From Hemiscyllium ocellatum (taxonomy: Eukaryota), in assembly GCF_020745735.1 (NCBI RefSeq), contig NC_083429.1, positions 30,795,877 through 30,859,876 of the forward strand: a stretch of DNA of 64,000 nucleotides, given 5' to 3'. Positions 13,301 to 25,815 of the stretch are shown in pieces. The notes beneath the pieces are model-generated. The model was not told the origin of the DNA, searched no databases, and was given only the letters and a program-made list of their open reading frames with translations. The translations under genes and the position numbers were made by a program. The stretch's first letter is position 1. Every line of letters starts with the position of its first letter.

Positions 13301-14446
13301 TTTTTATGCCAGTTTTTAAAAACATTGCACCAGAAGTCAGCAGTCTCCTGGCAAATATTTGACCACACTCTTGACAGTATCAATCATAATTGGAAGAAAT
13401 TCATTAATGTGCTTGTTTGTAGTCCTTTGAGGGGGCTGTATAAATTAAGCCAATTCTTTTCAATGCAAAGATATTAATAAATCTGCTTCTAAAAGCGTAT
13501 GAATGTATATATTTTGCTTAATTTTATTAAGAGTTAGACTGCTGCATTGTAACTAGAATGTAACCTGTGCCAGTTGTTCTGTTTAGTCTTAAATAGTCTT
13601 TTTCAATAAATTACATAAGAGTAAAAGTTTCAGACAAGAGAAGGTGAGACAATCATTTGTGAACGGGCATTTCCTGAAGGGTCATGGGTAACTCATTTAC
13701 CACCAACATTTTAACATTAACAAAATGGTGACCTTGACAGCTTTTAACATTAGAATATGGAATGCATTACTGTAAGTACATACTAAATATGTTATATTTG
13801 AGGGGTAAATCAGGTAAACACTGAAAAAACTCACAAACATTGAATGGAGGCTAACAGCAGAAATAGAAAATGAGAATACATTTTACTAGCATCAGTCATT
13901 TCTGCTGAATCTTCAATGATTCAGGCATTGTTTGTTAAATTTCTCCAAGTTCCTTTCCAAGCCATTCTTTATCCTGATTTGGTACTGTATCACTGTTCCT
14001 TCACTGTCACTGGGTCAAATGCCAGCAATTCCTTTTCTTACAGTATTGTGAGCATCTCTTACTCCAGCATCTGCAGTGGTTCAAGAAGGCATCTCACCAC
14101 CACCACCTTCTGTAAGCCTGTTGAGGATAAGCAATAAATGTTGACCTCACCACAGTGTTCACATCCCATAAAAAAGATTTTTCAAAAAGGTGTTTTCTGT
14201 AAGCTATCTCTTTCTGTGATGTATCAGCTCAGTTTGTTTCACAGACAATAGAAGTTATCCTCAAAAAAAAATATTGATGTCACCAAAGAGCTTTGTTTCA
14301 CTGAAACTGTCAGCATTTACTATGGTAAGCTGTTGTTCATGAGGAAATGTGTAACTAATTGATATATATGACCACATTTATTTCCCATAATGTGTTTTTT
14401 GTGTCAAAAACAATTGCTTAAGCAGTAGCATGATTGGTTCTTATTT

Positions 14447-14975
14447 TGTCATAGTTATACAGCATGGAAACAGGCCATTTGGCCCAACTCATTCCTGCCA
14501 ACCAAATTTCATAAACTTATCTACTCCCATTTGCCTATGTTTGTCCCATATCCCTCCAAATCTTTCCTTTCCATGTACCTGACAAGTGTTTTAAATCCTG
14601 TACTCTACCACTTTCTGTGGCAACTCATTCCATATATGCACCACCCTCTGCGAGAAAAAGTTGCCCCTCAGGTCCTTTCAAATCTTGCCCCGTCATCTTA
14701 ACTTATACCCTCTAGTTTTGGACTCCCCTATTCTGGGGAAAAGACCTTGGCTATTTACCTTATCTAATCACCCTCATGATTTTATAAATGTCTTTAAGAA
14801 CACCCCTCAGCCTCTTATGCTCCATGGAGAAAGGTCCCAGCCTATCCAATCCCTCATTATAACCCTAACCTTCCAGTCCCAATAACATCCTAATAAATTT
14901 TTTTCACACCCTCTCCCATTCAATAACATCCTTCCTATGGTAGGGCTACCAGAGTTTTACACAGTACACTAAATG
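14447..14975 (-). mobile_element. CR1 3' fragment (others at 10590-10980 +, 12891-13077 -, 23020-23152 -, 24325-24630 +, 34555-34720 -, 48360-49185 -, 53400-53830 +)
   Basis: Shared catagag..acagcatggaaacag tail and ORF2-end sequence. Confidence 0.75.
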
Positions 14976-15614
14976 TAATTTATTCTTACTTCACAATCTC
15001 AATTTAAGAAGAATTTCAGGTGATGTTTGCATTCATTACTGTTTAAAGGAGAAACCGTAAAACGAACATGGTTTCATGGCTTCTTCTTTCTTTCAGCTTT
15101 CAATGGATAAACTCTTCATTTTTGTTGTGACAAAATTTGTTTGCCTCAGCAGCTTCAATAATTGCAAATAATTTTCTAATTTGAAAGCAGGAGAATTGTA
15201 AGTGCTCAGGAGTTCAGATAGCAACTCTAAGGAGAGAAATAAAGACTTTTAAGATGATTACTTTTCATCAGAATGGAAGGAAGTGCCAGGAGTCTGTAAT
15301 AAGTTTAGTGGAGACATAGAGCAAAAGGAAAGGAAATAACAAATATGAAGGTTTGTGATAAGATGAAAGGAAAAAGAAATTAAATGATGAAAAAGTAGTG
15401 GTAACACAAGGGTATGCTAATGGACACAATTACAGAAACAAAAGATCGGTCTAGAGAGTGTGTACGTTGAAATGACAGAATCATTACCTAAAACTGATAC
15501 CTTAAAAAGTAGAGTAATGGCTAGGATCTGTCAAAAATTACCCAGACATGCCTCATTGATAGATTAAGTCCTCGTCCTCAAGCATGTATTGAATTTTATT
15601 AAAACAGTGTGAAA

Positions 15615-15927
15615 GATTAGATTAGATTACTTACCGTGTGGAAACAGGCCCTTCGGCCCAACAAGTCCACACCGACCCGCCGAAGCGCAACCCACCCATA
15701 CCCCTACATTTACCCCTTACCTAACACTACGGGCAATTTAGCATGGCCAATTTACCTGACCCGCACATCTTTGGACTGTGGGAGGAAACCGGAGCACCCG
15801 GAGGAAACCCACGCAGACACGGGGAGAACGTGCAAACTCCACACAGTCAGTCGCCTGAGTTGGGAATTGAACCCGGGTCTCAGGCGCTGTGAGGCAGCAG
15901 TGCTAACCACTGTGCCACCGTGCCGCC
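15615..15927 (-). mobile_element. HE1-like V-SINE, full length
   Basis: tRNA-like head with A/B boxes, V-domain (ctgtgtggagtttgcacgttctccccgtg), CR1-type 3' tail with (tctaa)n. Confidence 0.9.
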
Positions 15928-17967
15928 CAAAGGAGTTGGCAGAAGTAGTAATTTCAAATTCCATTTGCTCCACAGATATGTCATGACAGTATCTGAACAG
16001 GTTGACTGATGATGTGTAGAAGGGAGTTGGAGGATTTAATTGCAATTAGTTTCAATGATCAGAGTTTGACACTTTTAAAATTGACAACGAAGACCAATTC
16101 AACTTTTTGTTTGCCAACTTAAAATGCATCGGCAAGTAGTTTCTTGGCTTTTTCAGCTTAGGCTTGTGTCAATAAAAAATAAACAATGTTGATACATGTT
16201 CAATTATAATTTTTCTGATTTTTGAGATTTCTTTCTTTCCTTAATCTGAACCAAAAGAATAAAAAAATTAATAGTTAGCCCCAAGTAAACATACCAAGAG
16301 TAATTTGGGTTCAATCAGAAGATTGAAAACAAGCTCTTTCTTAAAGAGAGAACCATAAAATAGTAATGTTGCTTTCTTTTACGAATAGGCTTATACATTG
16401 ATATGATACTGGTAATGAATGCAGATATTCTGCTACAAAGATCCCAGTCTGCATTTGGTGTCCCAGAAATCAGGAGACCACATTGTGAACAGAAAATATA
16501 GTACACTATAATTTGTGTTGATTTACTCGAATGAGATTGTGCTTAAAAATAAAACTAAGTTCTCCAGTACTTTTGTTGCAACTGATGATCATTGGCTTTA
16601 CTTAAATAAATGAAAGGAAGCATTGCTAAAACTACAAGGCTGAATTGCAAGACCTGATTATATTGACATGTTAAGTCCCAGACAAGAAATCTTTACCAGA
16701 ACATTTTCAGTTTGCAGCAAAAGTGGTTTAATTGGCTTTATTTTATCAAATTGGAAGAAAGATTTGCACGTTAGAAGCTTGTGAAAACTTAAACAGTTTT
16801 GTCATCCTTTTGTTTATGTTATTGCAATGTATGTGTGCAGTGTTAGTTTCAGAACGAAAGTCCGAATGAAAATAAACAGCCAAATGCTTATTATTAAATC
16901 ACACAACATTGTCTAGTTTCACATATTTTGTTTTTGTTGCTGCAGTTTGACTGCCAAAGCAGATTAACATTCAGAGATTAGCTGAGAGGAATTACTGGCA
17001 CTAACTATCCAAAGGAACTTATGCGATGCACACTATCCTTAGTGCTACGATTATCAACATGCAATAGTTGTTTGAGATTGCACCCCTGACATGAATGTGG
17101 TTCATCCACAGAGTAAAGATCAAGAAACTTCCCTTGAATGTCTACAGATTTGCAGTGAATCGTTTGCACTGTGCAAAAAGACTTAAATATGATGTACGAG
17201 TGTCTGTTCTACATTCTGCCAGTCAGTCAACAACGAGAGGAAACCAATGTGTGGTGTCTGCATTTCAGTTATTGAGAAAGGAAGAGAATTAATCAATATA
17301 CATTTTGTAAAAATGCATGCAGGGCCAATGTTTCTGCACAGCCCCATTTCATTCAACATCATTGGCGAAAGCAAGCAAAAGATTAGAGTTTCCAACATGA
17401 GCTACCATTCAGTGCAAATTAGGTTCCAGCAATCATTTGCGCTAATTTAAATTATATTGCAGAGCACATATGCTAAAGTTAGCAGTCCTTGCCTCATTAA
17501 AAGCTAGAGTATTGTTTTAAGCTATTAGCTGGTGCAGGCTTCAAATAAAATTGTTATTTGGATGTTATGTGCTGAGTCCATCAGTAAAATGTCAAGGCGA
17601 ATCTGCCACTGTCTGAAAGATTCTCAACAACTGGCTGGAGGTTGCAAAATTGGATTTACATTCAGAATTCTCTCCAGAGTTGCTTTATTTCCCCTAGTTT
17701 GTAAAGGATTTTTTTTGTGTGAGTGCATTCGCAATCTATATTGTTTACTCCATGACTTAAATGGAGTACACTTTGGAACAATTTAGTTTGGGCTATGTAG
17801 ATGAGTGTTAACATTATTTTTTCAAAATTAATACATCTGTGTTTTTTGGTACAGAATTGGTACTGTGCTTTATTTTATAGGTTCCCTTATGAAACCTGAA
17901 CTGCTACTTTACCAACCGAAATAAAATAACTAAATTTAATCCTGTCTCAAAATCCTCTTTATCACAG

Positions 17968-18015
17968 AAGGACGCCAGACAAGATCTTTCTCCAGTGGAA
18001 CACTTTTCAAAGCAG
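17968..18015 (+). CDS. Candidate 48-nt stalk exon (E)GRQTRSFSSGTLFKA of the plus-strand IgV gene
   Basis: Acceptor ctctttatcacag|, donor AG|gtgaga; symmetric phase 1-1 and open. Confidence 0.5.
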
Positions 18016-18799
18016 GTGAGAATGTCAACCTGGATAGGCTTTCTTTTAAACAGTATGTGCAATTGAGTCACTCAGTAGCTATCAGTTTGAAGCCACAACA
18101 CTAACATACAAATATTTAAGCAAAAGCTGGTCCTGAAGAGCTAGAAGAAGATGTGGAATGTTTGGATTACTTAAACGGAGGTGTTAATTTTGGACAGATC
18201 AAAAGTTTCTCATGATTCCCAAACGTTACCCTCATGATCTCATGAAAGCTGTATCTAGTCAATATGTGGACCAAGAAAGAGAGTTAGTAATTCAGGTCAG
18301 ATCTGAATCAATCTGCCAAATAGTTATTGAATGGAAATGATAACTTTGTTTTTCTCTCTCTGCTTTGCTGTCTGTCTGCTGAGGAATTCAGATTTCCAAC
18401 AGGCTCAGTATTTTATTTTTGTCCCTTTTTTCTGTTTTTTTTTCATTGGTGTGTGTGAGTAACTGGTGTGGTCCATGTTGATTTACAGTTGAAGACTCTG
18501 AAATTGTAACACGTGGAATGCCAGTTGAGTAATCAGTGCTTAATTTTTGCAAAAATAATATGCCAATTACTCAAATCAGAAGGATTCATCCTAATCAAAT
18601 TGTAGATCCAATTTCAAATATAGGGTTGACATAGGTTTTTGCTTTATTGAATGACTATAGAATTTGACTGTGTAGAACAAAGGAACATCATTGACTCTAT
18701 TATAGTCAGATAGTTTCTATGTGGCCAAAATCCATTAACCCGACTGGCCCAGTTGACTCGTTGTTTTTGTCTGCTCCTATCCCATTGAACTCATCTCTT

Positions 18800-20481
18800 C
18801 ATATCTTGACTCCATTCTCTCCCCTTTGTCCCCGGAACTCCCCACCTACATTCGGGTTACAACCCACACCATTTGATCTTCTCCAAGACTTACAATTCCC
18901 CAGCTTCCAACAGCTCATCTTCACCGTGGACATTCAGTCTCTCTACACCTTAGCCCCCATACAGAGAGTTTAAAAGCCCTCCGTTTCTTCTACTCCTGTT
19001 GGCCCATCCAGTGCTCGTGTACTGACACTCTTATTCACCTGGCAGAACTGGTCCTCACCCTCAACAGTTATTCCTTTGACTCTTCCCACTTGCTATAAAC
19101 CAAAGGAGTCGCTGCATGGCTCCAAGCTATACCTGCCTTTACGTAGGATACATAGTCCCTCTTCTGCAGCTGTACGAAGACCATCCCCCACCTTTTCTTC
19201 CGCAACATTGATAACTGTATTGGCACTGCCTTGTACTCCCACAAGGAGCTTGAACAGTTGATCAACTTCACCCATACCTTCCGCCCTGACCTCAAATTCA
19301 CCTGGACTATAGCTGATATCTCCCTTCCCTTCCTTTCAGTCTGCATCACCAAATTCTGACTTAGCACTGACATCCATTTCAAACCCACTGGCTCCCACAG
19401 CTACCTCAACTACACTTCCTCTCACCTGCCATCCTGCAAAAGTGAGATCCGATACTCTCAATTCAGTCTGCTACCGCTGAATCTGCTCCCAGGATGAGGG
19501 ATTCAACTCTAGGACATCCCAGACGTCTTCCTACTTAAAGGACTGTATTTTTTCCTCTCCCAGGATTAATAATGCCCACAACCATATCTTCTCCATTCCC
19601 GTACCTCTGACCTCAAACTCCCTCCGCCCAACCACAACAAGGATAGAATCCCTCTAATCCTCACATACTGCTCCACCAGCCTCTAAATCCAATGCATCGT
19701 CCTTCGCCATTTTGACCACCTGCAAGCAGACCCCACCACCAAACAGATATTTTCTTCCCCACCCCTATCTGCCTTCCATCGGGATTGTTTACTTCGCAAC
19801 AGCCTCATCAGTTCCACACTGCACACCAACCTCTCCTCCGCACCTGCCTCCTTTCCCTGCAACTGCACAAAGTGCAACACTTGCCCCTACACCTCCCCTC
19901 TCATCTCCGTCAAGGCCCCAAACAATCATTTCAGATCTGATGGGGATTCACTTGCACCTCTTTGCAACTGGTCTGTTGCACCCATTGCTCCTGATGTGGT
20001 CTCCTCTACACTGGGGAGACAAAATGCATACTCAGGGACTGGTTTACAGAGCATCTGTGCTCTGTATACTCCAATCAACACCACCTTCCACTTGCCAACC
20101 ATTTCAACTCCCCCTCCCACTCCTTTGGCGACATGTCAATCCTGGGCCTCCTCCACTGTCAAATGAGGCCATATGCAAACTGGAGGAACAACACCATATA
20201 TTCCACCAGCTTCAAAATCTCCCCACCCCCAACCTCATCCTATATCCAGCCCTCCTCACCTATCCGCTCCATCCTTCCTACTGACCAAACACAATAACCC
20301 ACTCCCTGCATCCACCTATCACCATCCCACCTACCGTTCCCCCAGCCCTACTCCCTTCCCTCTATATGGTTCTGAGTCCCTTCCCCCTCCACAGTCCTGA
20401 TGAAGGGTCCTGATCTGAAATGTTGATTTTCCTGCTCCTTTGGTGATGTCTGAACTGCTGTGCTTCTCTAGCTCCACATTT
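18800..20481 (+). mobile_element. Decayed Penelope-like element (RT + GIY-YIG region + 3' terminal repeat with hammerhead motif)
   Basis: Translated remnants IFTVDIQSLYT, TKGV, FFRNIDN, FTWTI, TDIHFKPT.SHSYL.YTSSH, CxxCxTCPY. Ends in CTGATGA..GAAA repeat at 20397-20420. Confidence 0.85.
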
Positions 20482-20881
20482 TACCAACCAAGAATCACTG
20501 TGTATATGTATATGTGTGTGTCTCACCTTTGCACAGCAAAGTATACAAAACTTTTGATTGGAAATTTATCTTTAAATCTAACAACAGTATAGTAACTTAC
20601 CTCAAACTTGACATATGTGTTGTACAGTTGATAAATTAACATATTCATTCACGACTTTCATTGAACTTTAACCTTTTCCAATATGATCCTATCCCACATG
20701 CATAATTAGCTTACTGAGAGGCCACATTACCTGTTGATAAAACTGTGTGAGAGAAAATCTGACATTCTAGTTTAGGCTAGTAAGGGTTTATTATGTTAAT
20801 CATCATTTCTATTTGCAATTGCTAATTTTGTTTATATATAACAATAACATGCAATTTTACTTGTTATTCTCTTTATTTCAG

Positions 20882-20937
20882 ATTTGATATTTTGGCTACT
20901 TCCGCTTGCTGTGTTATTTTACAATTTTGAGTTTTAG
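20882..20937 (+). CDS. Candidate terminal exon (D)LIFWLLPLAVLFYNFEF*, hydrophobic C-terminus (GPI-signal-like)
   Basis: Acceptor gttattctctttatttcag|; hydrophobic in the phase-1 frame; TAG at 20935-20937; AATAAA about 80 nt downstream. Confidence 0.55.
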
Positions 20938-21016
20938 GACAACAAGAGTTTGACTTTTGAAAATGTATAATGGACCAAGAAATTGTTTCAACTTATGATC
21001 GGCGTCAATATGAGGA

Positions 21017-21022
21017 AATAAA
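21017..21022 (+). terminator. Candidate poly(A) signal AATAAA for the plus-strand gene
   Basis: Follows the candidate stop at 20937. Confidence 0.35.
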
Positions 21023-21258
21023 AAGGACAAGTCATAAACAGCAACATTATTTCTGCTATCTACTGCCTTATTTCGATGCCCTGTGCAAAAACATTAGTGC
21101 ATATAATGGACTTTATTCACCATTATTCATTATCCCATCTATTTAACCTAATGTTTTGTTGTATATTCCCTCAAAACTGTGAATTGATACGTGATGGTTC
21201 TATGCATTTATTCAACTTCAATAACATGACTATCAATTTCTCTCATCCTTTTTACATA

Positions 21259-21478
21259 CAGGTAGTTCTTCCATAACACAATTGTTGCGTTCTTGTGCAA
21301 CCCCCACATTATAGAAAAATCGCGCTTTAGAAATAGTGCTTAAAGTGTTGGCGATGTTGTCACATTTCAATCAACACACATTTCAAAAGTTCATGCTTTA
21401 GAAACTGTGTCCCCAATTCACCAATCGTGTGACAGCGAATTTGCATTAACAAAACACCCGCTATAACAAAACGACCTG
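21259..21478. mobile_element. Tc1/mariner (Tigger-like) MITE
   Basis: TA TSDs at 21257-21258 and 21479-21480; imperfect TIRs CAGGTAGTTCT.. / ..AAAACGACCTG. Confidence 0.75.
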
Positions 21479-22347
21479 TACAAATTTTTATCTGATTATT
21501 CAGATGAAGTGCCTTGAGATGATGATCTGTCTTCTTGTTTCTGTTTTATAAAAATAACAAGCCATTAAGTGTGGATAACCTGCAGTTTTGAAAAGCATTA
21601 TATAATCGTATTTTTCTTTGTGTGTGGACTGGCATTCATACAATAGTGTATGGATTGCAGTGCTGGTGTGATACTGTCTGTACATCATTCAGTCTGGCAT
21701 GTCATATCAAAGAACACTCCAGTTGTACTATCTGCAACAGACAAGTTGCTGATCGTAACCAACCAGGCTTTGCTTGCAAATTATGAAACATGGTGTTTAA
21801 CAAGAGATGTAATACACGAGTGAACTACATTTACTGTATAATCATGAATGTGCTAGGAATTACACAGATGATGAATTTAAGAGTGTCAGTCAGGCTTGTA
21901 GTAAGATGCACTTCCACATACTTGAAGCTAATATGTTAATACACAAGCCCCTGGTGTTTGCTGACAGAAAGAGCATATCGACACATCGTTTCAACTCAAC
22001 AGAACAGGGGAGGTCATTCTCTGGCTCCTTCCGTAGGACAATGCCTTGAACTATCTGAACGAATCTGCCTGGTTTTAATTTAATGAATTCTTGGCAGGTT
22101 GCTGTCAGTCATTATCTAACTGGTGTGTTTTCCATAGTCGCACCCCTCCCATTCAGAATCCACTTGCTAACCAATCAGCATGCTGTTCCCAACAGTATAG
22201 AAATGTCCCCTTGGCATTGATATTTCTGTCCTGACAACTGCAAGGTGAAAGACTTTGATAATGTATGTCATTTTACAACAATATTGAGGTTCTGTACTAC
22301 CAAATGATTATTAGTAGTCGGATTTGAAGGAGACAGGCATCATCTGT

Positions 22348-22664
22348 GAGCGGCACGGTGGCACAGTGGTTAGCACTGTTGCCTCACAGCGCCTGAGACC
22401 CAGGTTCATTTCCCGACTCAGGCGACTGACTGTGTGGAGTTTGCACGTTCTCCCCGTGTCAGCGTGGGTTTCCTCCGGGTGCTCCGGTTTCCTCCCACAG
22501 TCCAAAGATGTGCGGGTCAGGTGAATTGGCCATGCTAAATTGCCCGTAGTGTTAGGTAAGGGGTAAATGTAGGGGTATGGGTGGGTTTCGCTTCGGCGGG
22601 TCGGTATGGACTTGTTGGGCCAAAGGGCCTGTTTCCACACTGTAAATCTAATCTAATCTAATCT
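22348..22664 (+). mobile_element. HE1-like V-SINE, full length
   Basis: Same structure; near-identical to 15615-15927. Confidence 0.9.
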
Positions 22665-25589
22665 TCTATAAACAATGACCAGATTTCAGAATTGGAGAAT
22701 CTATCAGTACAAAAATATTCATGTTCACAAAGACCTGAATCTGATTTAAATCCCAAAATAAGCCGAGAGAGCTGGTGAAAGTGAATGAAGTCAATTGAAG
22801 GGAGCAATGAGAAAGTTAATAGTTTTTACTGTTTATTTTATACTGTCGCAATAGCAGTGAAATAAGAACTATCAGTTTTCAACTTCAAGTGATTCTAGTA
22901 CCTGAGATTTTCAGAGACTGTGATGCTTTTAACAAGGACAAAACATGGATGTAAAATGGCTGCGACAGTCATTCTGACCACAAATGAGACAGATTCATGA
23001 AACCAATATGGAATAATTTAACAAAGAACAAAGAAAATTTACAGCCCAGGAACAGGCCCTTCGGCCCTCCAAGCCTGAGCCGATCCAAATGTACTGTTTA
23101 AACCTGTCGGTCAATTCCTAAGCATTTGTATCCCTCTGCTCCCCACCTACTCCAAGATTCTAAGTGTGTTTTAAACTGCATATTTTTAATCATCCTATGA
23201 TATTAGATTCTCTTTTGTAAACTTGGCACCTATATTTGTGTGTATGTTTGATGTTATACTTGTTTATTTCTCTCAAGCCGATCTTGCAGTTGGCTCCTCT
23301 ACTTTGATCTGGTTATCTGAGCATTTAATTGAAGAGTGAGCAACTACAAGCTGAAAAAAAAAGGTTCTGTGATCAACCAAAAGTTTTAAAAGATGGGAGC
23401 CAATTCTCAATCTGTCTGCAGCTTATTGTAACAAGGGATGGTGCAAGTAAGAACTCAAAAAAAAGTTTTATTTACCAAATTTCTTGTCTGATTAAATGTT
23501 AGTTGCTTTGTTGGTGCATTTTTTCATTCACTTGTAGGATGTGGGTGTTATTGGCTGGTGAGCATTGATTGCCCATCCCTCATTGCCCTTGAGAAGGTGG
23601 TGGTGAGCAGGTAGATTGCAGTGGTTCAAGAAAGCAGCTCACCACCACCTCTTCAAGAGCAACTAGGGACAGGCAATAAATGCTGGTCATCCAGTGGCGC
23701 CCATTTTAAAAATGACTTTTAAAAAATGTGGCTGGCATTCACATTCACCAGCAGTCAATGGTTACAGTCAGCAGATCCAATTCTAATAGTGAAACAAGTG
23801 TAACATCCGGTGCATGCTGGAGATCTGAAAGGAAAACAAAGTGTGGGCAAAAGCAGGCAGGTCTGGCAGCATCTGTGGAGAGAATAACAAAATTAATGCC
23901 TCGAATTCTACAACTCTTATTTGGAAGAGTATAACATTGAAACATTCAACTGATCCCTTGTTGCTGTTCATCCCAGTACAGCTGCAACACATTCTTGGAT
24001 GGAAACAGTTAACCATGTTATGTTACAAGTTACGGTTGAACTATTTGAAGTGTTGAGGAATATGAGTTTCATAAATGGTTTTTGGATCACTCTTCTACAG
24101 TCTAATTGTTTCATCACTCACTTCTGTTCAGTGATGTATAGTTTTAAGATTGGTGGTTTTGATGTTATTTATAGACACTACATTAAAGTTGGAAATAAAT
24201 ACAAAGAAATAGGTAGCATCATCTAATCAAAGATTAGTTGGTCTGAGTGAAAAAACAGAGATGTTTTGTTTGTTACTCACATTCGATCAGTTGTCAATGT
24301 CTTATACCAGAGGGTCTGGTATTTTAACTTAACCTATACCCTCTAGTTTTGGAGTTTCGGGTGAGATGGGAAAGATTTAAAAGGGACCTAAGAGGCAACT
24401 TTTTCATGCAGAGGGTGATGTATGTATGGAGTAAGCTGCCAGAGAAAGTGGTGGAGGCTGGTACAATAACACCATTTTAAGGCATCTGGATGGGTATATG
24501 AATAGGAAGGGTTTAGAGGGATATGAGCCAAATGCTGGCAAATGGGACTAGATTAATTAAGAATATCTGGTTGGCATGGACGAGTTGGACTGAAGGGTCT
24601 GTTTCCATGCTGTCCAGCTCGAACTCTATGACCCCACTGTAACTGTGTTGTTATATAGACTTCTTATAATGTATATTATTGTGCACATTTTCTGTTACTA
24701 GTTTATCAGTGCACATATTTTTTGTGATTATATCCAAGTGTTGAATTCTAACATGTTATGTATGTGCAATTCTGTGTATAAAATTTTATTTTTTCTACTG
24801 TTGATGTTGAGCTGCATCATCTAATTGACCTACTTCAGATTAAGTTGATGTATAGATGTGTATTACTTATTTTGCAAATTAAATTATCCTTGAAAGAATG
24901 TTAAAAAGAATAAAATGTTTAAAAGACATTCAACTTGTGAACAAAAAGATGTTTTTGCATTAGAAATGTGCAAAAGATGGAATATTCCTTGTCTTCACAG
25001 TGTTGGTTATGTTTGTGAAGGGGTGGATTTGCTTTTGCTTCAGCAGAAGCTAACTTACTTTGGGGTTTGTGAGTTGCTGTTGCATTTGCTGACTTTGTTT
25101 CTTAGTGTCTTAATGCAGTGTGTTATTATTCCAGCCGATGGGAATACTGGAGAAGAGACATTCCAGAATGAAATCTGCCTTCAATCATCATGAGAGGTTT
25201 TTGTTGCTTTATGTCAGTCACTGAACACATTCACAAAAGCATTTGCTCCAGTCAAGAGCACTGACACTTTCCACTGAACCTTAAGAGAATCTTAGGGCTC
25301 AATCTTGTCATATTTTGGCAAAATCACATTTTGTTGAGTTCCATACAAGGGTTCTCTTTGCAAGGCCTAGTGAATCTTTTCACACTATTATCCCAAACTC
25401 ACCTCATACATTACTTACCATGCCCTGTTATTGGATCCTACCCCAATTCTCCCATTCACCTTACCTTGCCACTACTGGGATATGCCAGATTCTTTAGCCC
25501 CAGTGCCATCTTTAAAAGGTCATTGGGCAATCAGTCATGCACTGCCTGACCAGCGCTGCTCTGCATAGTTTGTCCCATTTGTCTTGGAC

Positions 25590-25815
25590 ATGACAGATGC
25601 AGTGAAGTTGCTGGCCCTCATTGAGGACTGGGACTTGGAGGTACTGCTGGATGAGGTGGTGTGAAAGAGGAACTTCCTTTTCCCATAGAACTGACTGAAG
25701 AGGCTGTGACTTCAGGTTCTGCCAGGCTGGTCCAAGGTTGTCACCCGGGCTCAGTTGTGTAGGAGCATACAACTGTGTAGAAAGAAGGTCAATGACCATC
25801 TCTGCTTCCCCAGGG
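25590..25815 (+). pseudogene. Myb/SANT-like exon remnant of a probable Harbinger transposon (element roughly 25295-27120)
   Basis: Translates to DLEVLLDEVV*KRNFLFP...WSKV..CRKKVND followed by a |gtaagt donor. Confidence 0.55.

Noticed and set aside
15636-16045. ORFs MWKQALRPNKS.. and their counterparts at 22311, 22324, 37040 and 40361
   Set aside because: Translations of HE1-like SINE copies, not genes
16986-17450. Cys-rich reading frame (LCDAHYP..ECLQIC..CTSVCSTFC..MCGVC) resembling a RING or zinc finger
   Set aside because: Four in-frame stops, Cys spacing fits no domain I recognise, and the nearby acceptor at 16945 runs into a stop
19068-20400. Several overlapping ORFs up to 190 aa
   Set aside because: Off-frame or antisense translations of the decayed Penelope-like element
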